Shown here: piece by piece, positions 61,501 through 64,000 of the stretch
Position numbering within the stretch: the stretch's first letter is position 1
Layout: the number at the start of each line of letters is the position of its first letter
DNA from: a virus
Taxonomy: Duplodnaviria; Caudoviricetes
Direction: 5' to 3' (one strand)
Virus record (IMG/VR): IMGVR_UViG_3300001528_000425
Span: 128,001-192,000 of that record
Length of the DNA stretch: 64,000 bases
Notes under the pieces: generated by a model
What the model was told of the DNA's origin: nothing
The model's database searches: none
The model's input: the letters and a program-made list of their open reading frames with translations, nothing else
Program-made: the position numbers and the translations under genes

Positions 61501-61989
61501 ACTCTCCGATTCGATCGATTCTTTCGATCTGGGAGAATACGCCCAACGAGCATCGATGTCACGACGTCTCTGGCGGTCCTGCAGCTTCTTATTGATCTTA
61601 TCATAGATTCGTTTCGGGACCAATCTCTTCGCTTGAGGTAACAGCTTACTCGCTGAGACCTCGAGACTGATCAACGTGGGCTGGAGTTTCTGGGAGAACT
61701 CCCTTCGCATGTCGTTGAACTCACTGTAAGTCTGTGAGAGTTCACTCGCCATAGCGGATGTCTTGGGAAGACGACGTCCGATTTCCACACTGAGAGCATC
61801 ACCTGCTCCAGTTGCGGTATCTTTCAGGAACTTGCTAACGAATTTCTTAGTAGGACCAGACGGTTTACGTCCGGTTACCTTCGGTTCTTCGATATCGAAG
61901 TTACCAAGTCCAGATTCCCATTCGTCAGCATTGTCGAATGGTTGGAAATCTTCTTCCCGCAATGATTCAAGACTTTTATCAATAGCCAT
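55597..61989 (-). CDS. Large tail tip/tape-measure-like protein (phiKZ gp181-like), 2130 aa
   Basis: KKSLELKYR, NTALPE, TRQSIVEIIPG.L, two D/NIYLKD...I..P..D...LI.EED repeats, DADGDGDRDGS. Confidence 0.8.
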   Translation of the reverse strand: MAIDKSLESLREEDFQPFDNADEWESGLGNFDIEEPKVTGRKPSGPTKKFVSKFLKDTATGAGDALSVEIGRRLPKTSAMASELSQTYSEFNDMRREFSQKLQPTLISLEVSASKLLPQAKRLVPKRIYDKINKKLQDRQRRRDIDARWAYSPRSKESIESESIAAELSSVFADTSSAQIEYMAAQKAEERQTNMLNQALASTRNRQLENRLSDIYVANRYVAAFVKTTYTAYLKKSLELKYRHLFVSRDIFGAISTMSQVMESNLKIIAHNTALPEVNKITKIERMKEEYLKSTYGQWGQRLSGYISTFRDKLLGNIRDKVFERTQGMLGSFAGQLEQQADAAEMGRELGMEGQGIGSQISGLLARGLGGFLGVAGTRRIADKLQPFASDMEGAFGDIKTNTLMKVAQWRKRAANQPGLMGFLADIIPGFEAASVGTNKLLTNGTDAAIYDNITRQSIVEIIPGWLGKIHNEIAQLRAGSPQEEEAYDYYSRSFVPVSEMRSNMFDRIMGTAEQRSKDLSAAIGTIKAGHSKSQASEEDKMNFDNVQDDISKVIVNMALRMEALDLDTIGLYINEDPNDPYPDPDKYIATITKGTRNPKAVLRVIYDSCFPDGVYDKRMVDMIQQAVNRQSARDAFKTELPIFAEARGMRRYLTDIINKNDQINLDPIAAELRKKDEKTFGSAVDDAYESTLRGLQHSDEVRQVATEKISTVGSRVTGALAAGANKLRSVTSSSVFQPVDDFLQGTGETLTRVAKGDLKDRIVARLHERGIHIGNESQTAPAPRRESFIPETPPPSGIPSPTGAAPSPSSPQLTPISSAEDLANQAGMDSDQLGALILQYRNDFGALLDTLESKSGKKFDVLQLRMVMARKLTQLNRLRPEAAPLPQVQAPSSTVQTSTVQDPASPSIDDPGLGVTNSNSMLDAFKAWNVSWDERQTKRDEQLDTMLELVAGLQGIGGQGGGGLTGLAGKLVGAGGTIAKGYFNVYSSAIKGAFGLASKIAGGVLGAKEPYYDIYLKDNVDLGHPLLSAQKQARAPGVLFADTQERVLNSKDIDRPVIDAATGEVLISEEDLQHGLVTVSNRPLSKMVQGGLLLANNAVKGATGLLKGYFGVYGAAIKGISNILGGRRAADRPYVNIYLKDQIDPGKPILSRRKQESGVVFKDGTTVKRSEDIIEPVFDPQTKECLITEEDIKHGLVDVDNRPLGSGAGGGGGLAKKLLGNGSDMLKTLFKGGGSVVEMYTHIYKKLFDGAGAGLKWLFGAGKNPEKKYAPITDRLDLIYKLLDARLPEDGFYGGGPGGKRPMFGDADGDGDRDGSYEDIMEKRQAEKERREELAAMAAGGGGGDDGPQVINNVTNNTGEGGEGWLSKTVKYTLGGLGLAAGAGKFANWYKGRTMAKGGWSKGSKLGKGLYARARVLQRAGRASQTSGGMLTRGSKVWNTARRMFTSGKAFKNYGKGIASATKTAGKLFKPSVWKAGGKMLMKALKTPGGWGKKLAVLGIGTAAIAGTAYGMSGGDDDQEKQLADYKKQLLDTIDSTMPDMNDRQKKAAAAAMMNITEAKSIEECQAAYNMFQQAVADAAGGAIEKTEDGEAASEDDKKAATSALMTTDQQISRLQELRNKAPEERDIKELNALGVDLNDDEDISDRIKELQMKKDAGLIPGEEGKEEGSPTTPQEKAALEQVGTEVKSPGDTPDPNPMQNADASTNAPNNALLEKLKAGGAPPPVPASSQQKGPWLTALGDDTTAENQSGIASAADTAVNVGYTAAPILGLAGKVAAKAAPKAAATVGLKAASGVASKALGPLQLAAIGAGAIDGALMTGERRKEYEEQVANRGGVSWRGFVNNAIDVGLNPVEQGRVIVAAARSAGETGWLSMKNFFRGNSDDKKMWELKNKRHQMLVQKLGGMNTPEGKSLADKAAAFLGTKAGSKEGFAISKAIEAEYSKAQAAKAEQEKAALEQGKDAAASVENAEIQPEPPASDIIKDASTNAPKLTTTGRDIMGSDPNPMASTQEEVKNAAQTAPSTQLQGARNLNNSVDKLQQGLAESLKKNESAAAQNAANSAQIAQLLSKLVTNGGGIKIDGMSDLVKASQETAKKEMPPPVVMNNSPVAVMQQTGKESDRDGVDLRKK

Positions 61990-62762
61990 TACTGATCAGT
62001 TCCTGTAATAATCTTGTTGCGGATGAAAGTGAAGTCACATACAGCTGCCATGTGGATCTGTTGGTTCTCGATCCTCTGTTCGATGTCATCTGTATGTGTT
62101 ACTTGTATACGACTGAAGACGAACTTGGTGAGAAACTCGTTAGCCTCACCCAGTCTAGCACAAGTCGATCCTTTCCGGAAGAAATTCAGAATATCGTACA
62201 CTACAAAATAATCCAGTGTTTCGATAAACGACTCAGGATAGGAGTTGATTTCTCTATCCAAGAATTCAACTCGCATGAATGGATCGATTCTGGTTTTCAA
62301 CTGATGTTTGATCATCAACTTGGCATCTTCATGCAGATGAAGTGATGTACAGTTGAAGTAATAGGTTACAGGATCGTTGGTATCTTTGTGTTTGTTGAAT
62401 GTGTTAATCCCTTGGATCATAGAATCGATGGTTCTCCAAGATTCCGTAATGGGAGATCCAAGGCAAAGATTCCGGTTGAACTTCGGGTTGTTCAGTACTT
62501 CCAAGATTTGGCTCTCTTTCAGCCTTAACTGAGGGAAATACTTCGCTGTCTCCAGATCGATCGCTTTCTCATACATGGGAAGTCGATACAAGATGTATTG
62601 ATATTCCACATCTGTAGAGATAAGCTGTTGTATGATTGCTCCAAGCTTGTAATCGAAGCAACATTCCAGATCAATGTAGACGTTCCTGATTTGCTTGAAA
62701 TAAGGAGACATCATAGCGGTTCCCAGTGCAGAATATTCGCTGAATGATGCGGGTGGCTGCAT
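61989..62762 (-). CDS. Conserved hypothetical protein, degenerate HAD-like start
   Basis: VYIDLECCFDYKLG; AGGAGGAG RBS; stop overlaps the next start. Confidence 0.7.
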   Translation of the reverse strand: MQPPASFSEYSALGTAMMSPYFKQIRNVYIDLECCFDYKLGAIIQQLISTDVEYQYILYRLPMYEKAIDLETAKYFPQLRLKESQILEVLNNPKFNRNLCLGSPITESWRTIDSMIQGINTFNKHKDTNDPVTYYFNCTSLHLHEDAKLMIKHQLKTRIDPFMRVEFLDREINSYPESFIETLDYFVVYDILNFFRKGSTCARLGEANEFLTKFVFSRIQVTHTDDIEQRIENQQIHMAAVCDFTFIRNKIITGTDQ

Positions 62763-62804
62763 ATAAGCTCTCCTCCTATTTGATTCATATAGACCTTATT
62801 TTAA

Positions 62805-62819
62805 CATAGGATGGCGGGT
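62805..62819 (-). promoter_or_regulatory. Late promoter motif ACCCGCCATCCTATG
   Basis: 14/15 identical to the 43780 copy. Confidence 0.65.
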
Positions 62820-62914
62820 AGCTGTAGGTATTTAATTAGAGTACCTTAGCTATTATATGTGTGTACGTGATAACGTGTATGTCGTATCAACAAGTCAAGT
62901 ATCTAGGAGTTAAC

Positions 62915-63970
62915 ATGAAATTCACCCAACCGACGAACGAAGAACCGGTCGTCTACAACCTGCCGAATACCGACGCTGTCGTCGGTGTGCTCGCCAGGAT
63001 TGCCGCCGGCGTGGAAGGTGATTCTGTCACGATGGTCGTCAACAACGTCCTGACCGACACGATCACCGTGGAAGGTGTGACGCTGGCTGAAGGAGAGGCC
63101 AAAGTCCTCTTCGACTTCTGTCAGGAATTCCGCAAGCTGAACGAAAATGTTCAGTGGAACGTCATGAATCTGACCTACACCAAAGCCGTGGGAGATGCCG
63201 ATGCTTTCGTCGACATCACCGTTGCCTGGGATCAGGCGAAGTACGACGAGACCAAGAAGGCGCTCGAAGAGACTCCCGACACCCAAGCCGAACCGCAACC
63301 TGAAGCTCCCGCTGCCCCGGCCGCGCCTGAGTCCCCGGCTCCCGAAACGGAAACCCCGACCGAACCTGCCGCTGAGCCCGCTCCGGCGCCGGAACAGCCG
63401 TCTCTGCCCGCTACCATCGATGTCCCGGAACCGACGAACGTCTACCGTGCTCCGCATGCTCTGAAGCTCTTCGGTGCTGATGGTCAGCCGGTGTTCGCCT
63501 GTGATGTCACCTGGGGTATGGAAGGTCTGTATCCGGCCGAGAACGTCAAGGTGGAAGATCGCGCCTGGTGGGTGCACATCGACACCGTCGCTCTCTTCGG
63601 CAAGAAGTACGACATCAACGCCTGCATCGCCTGCGATGTCCCGGGCGGCAAGATCGTCGAAGCTCAGGTCAAACTGTACAATGAAACTGTCGAGAAGCTG
63701 GACGAAATCGTCGAAGCGTTCATCGGCAAGGAACTGCTGCAGTATCTGACCGAAGCTATGAAGGAAGTCGAGAACGCTCCGGAACTGACCGCCGAATCCA
63801 TCAAGGAAGCCATCGTCGATCTGAAGAAGATCAAGATCACCTCCGTCGATGGCAAATACGATGCGGTCATCGGACTGTGCCTCAGCTTCTGCCCGGACTG
63901 CTGCATCGGTATCAAGCTGGTTGACGGCAAAGTTGACGAGATCGACAAGATCGAAGTCATCGCCTGCTAA
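62915..63970 (+). CDS. Acidic two-domain protein with Pro/Ala/Glu linker
   Basis: Start MKFTQP after TAGGAG; strong codon bias. Confidence 0.8.
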   Translation: MKFTQPTNEEPVVYNLPNTDAVVGVLARIAAGVEGDSVTMVVNNVLTDTITVEGVTLAEGEAKVLFDFCQEFRKLNENVQWNVMNLTYTKAVGDADAFVDITVAWDQAKYDETKKALEETPDTQAEPQPEAPAAPAAPESPAPETETPTEPAAEPAPAPEQPSLPATIDVPEPTNVYRAPHALKLFGADGQPVFACDVTWGMEGLYPAENVKVEDRAWWVHIDTVALFGKKYDINACIACDVPGGKIVEAQVKLYNETVEKLDEIVEAFIGKELLQYLTEAMKEVENAPELTAESIKEAIVDLKKIKITSVDGKYDAVIGLCLSFCPDCCIGIKLVDGKVDEIDKIEVIAC

Positions 63971-64000
63971 CAGCAGCTACAGATGAAATAGAAGAGTCAG

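Noticed and set aside
63280-63410. Short GC-rich repeats
   Set aside because: They only encode a Pro/Ala/Glu linker

Overview
A 64-kb segment of a large lytic dsDNA jumbo phage of the phiKZ-like group (probably Chimalliviridae). The assignment rests on a PhuZ tubulin, split virion RNA polymerase subunits (gp178-like beta, gp180-like beta'), gp181/gp182-like tail proteins, head proteins with S/A/G-X-E prohead-protease sites, TATATTAC-type early promoters and TATG-type late promoters. Chimallin is not visible here. Other content: nucleotide metabolism genes (dUTPase, dNMP kinase, ThyX), a DHH phosphoesterase, a patatin phospholipase and a ~14-kb modular tail-fibre/receptor-binding cluster with three gene lesions. 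Both RNAP genes are interrupted. The beta gene has a group I intron carrying an HNH endonuclease with its own early-type promoter. The beta' gene has a 266-aa intein inside the catalytic motif with swapped junction residues (DFDG-N|C...Y-D|T), so canonical splicing would give DFDGN rather than DFDGD. An early operon upstream of PhuZ encodes a JAB/Cap3-like protein lacking all its catalytic residues, a STAS-like protein, a Zn-finger and a Cys-His-Asp protein, and is a candidate anti-defence operon. All family calls come from motifs recognised by eye; no searches were run.
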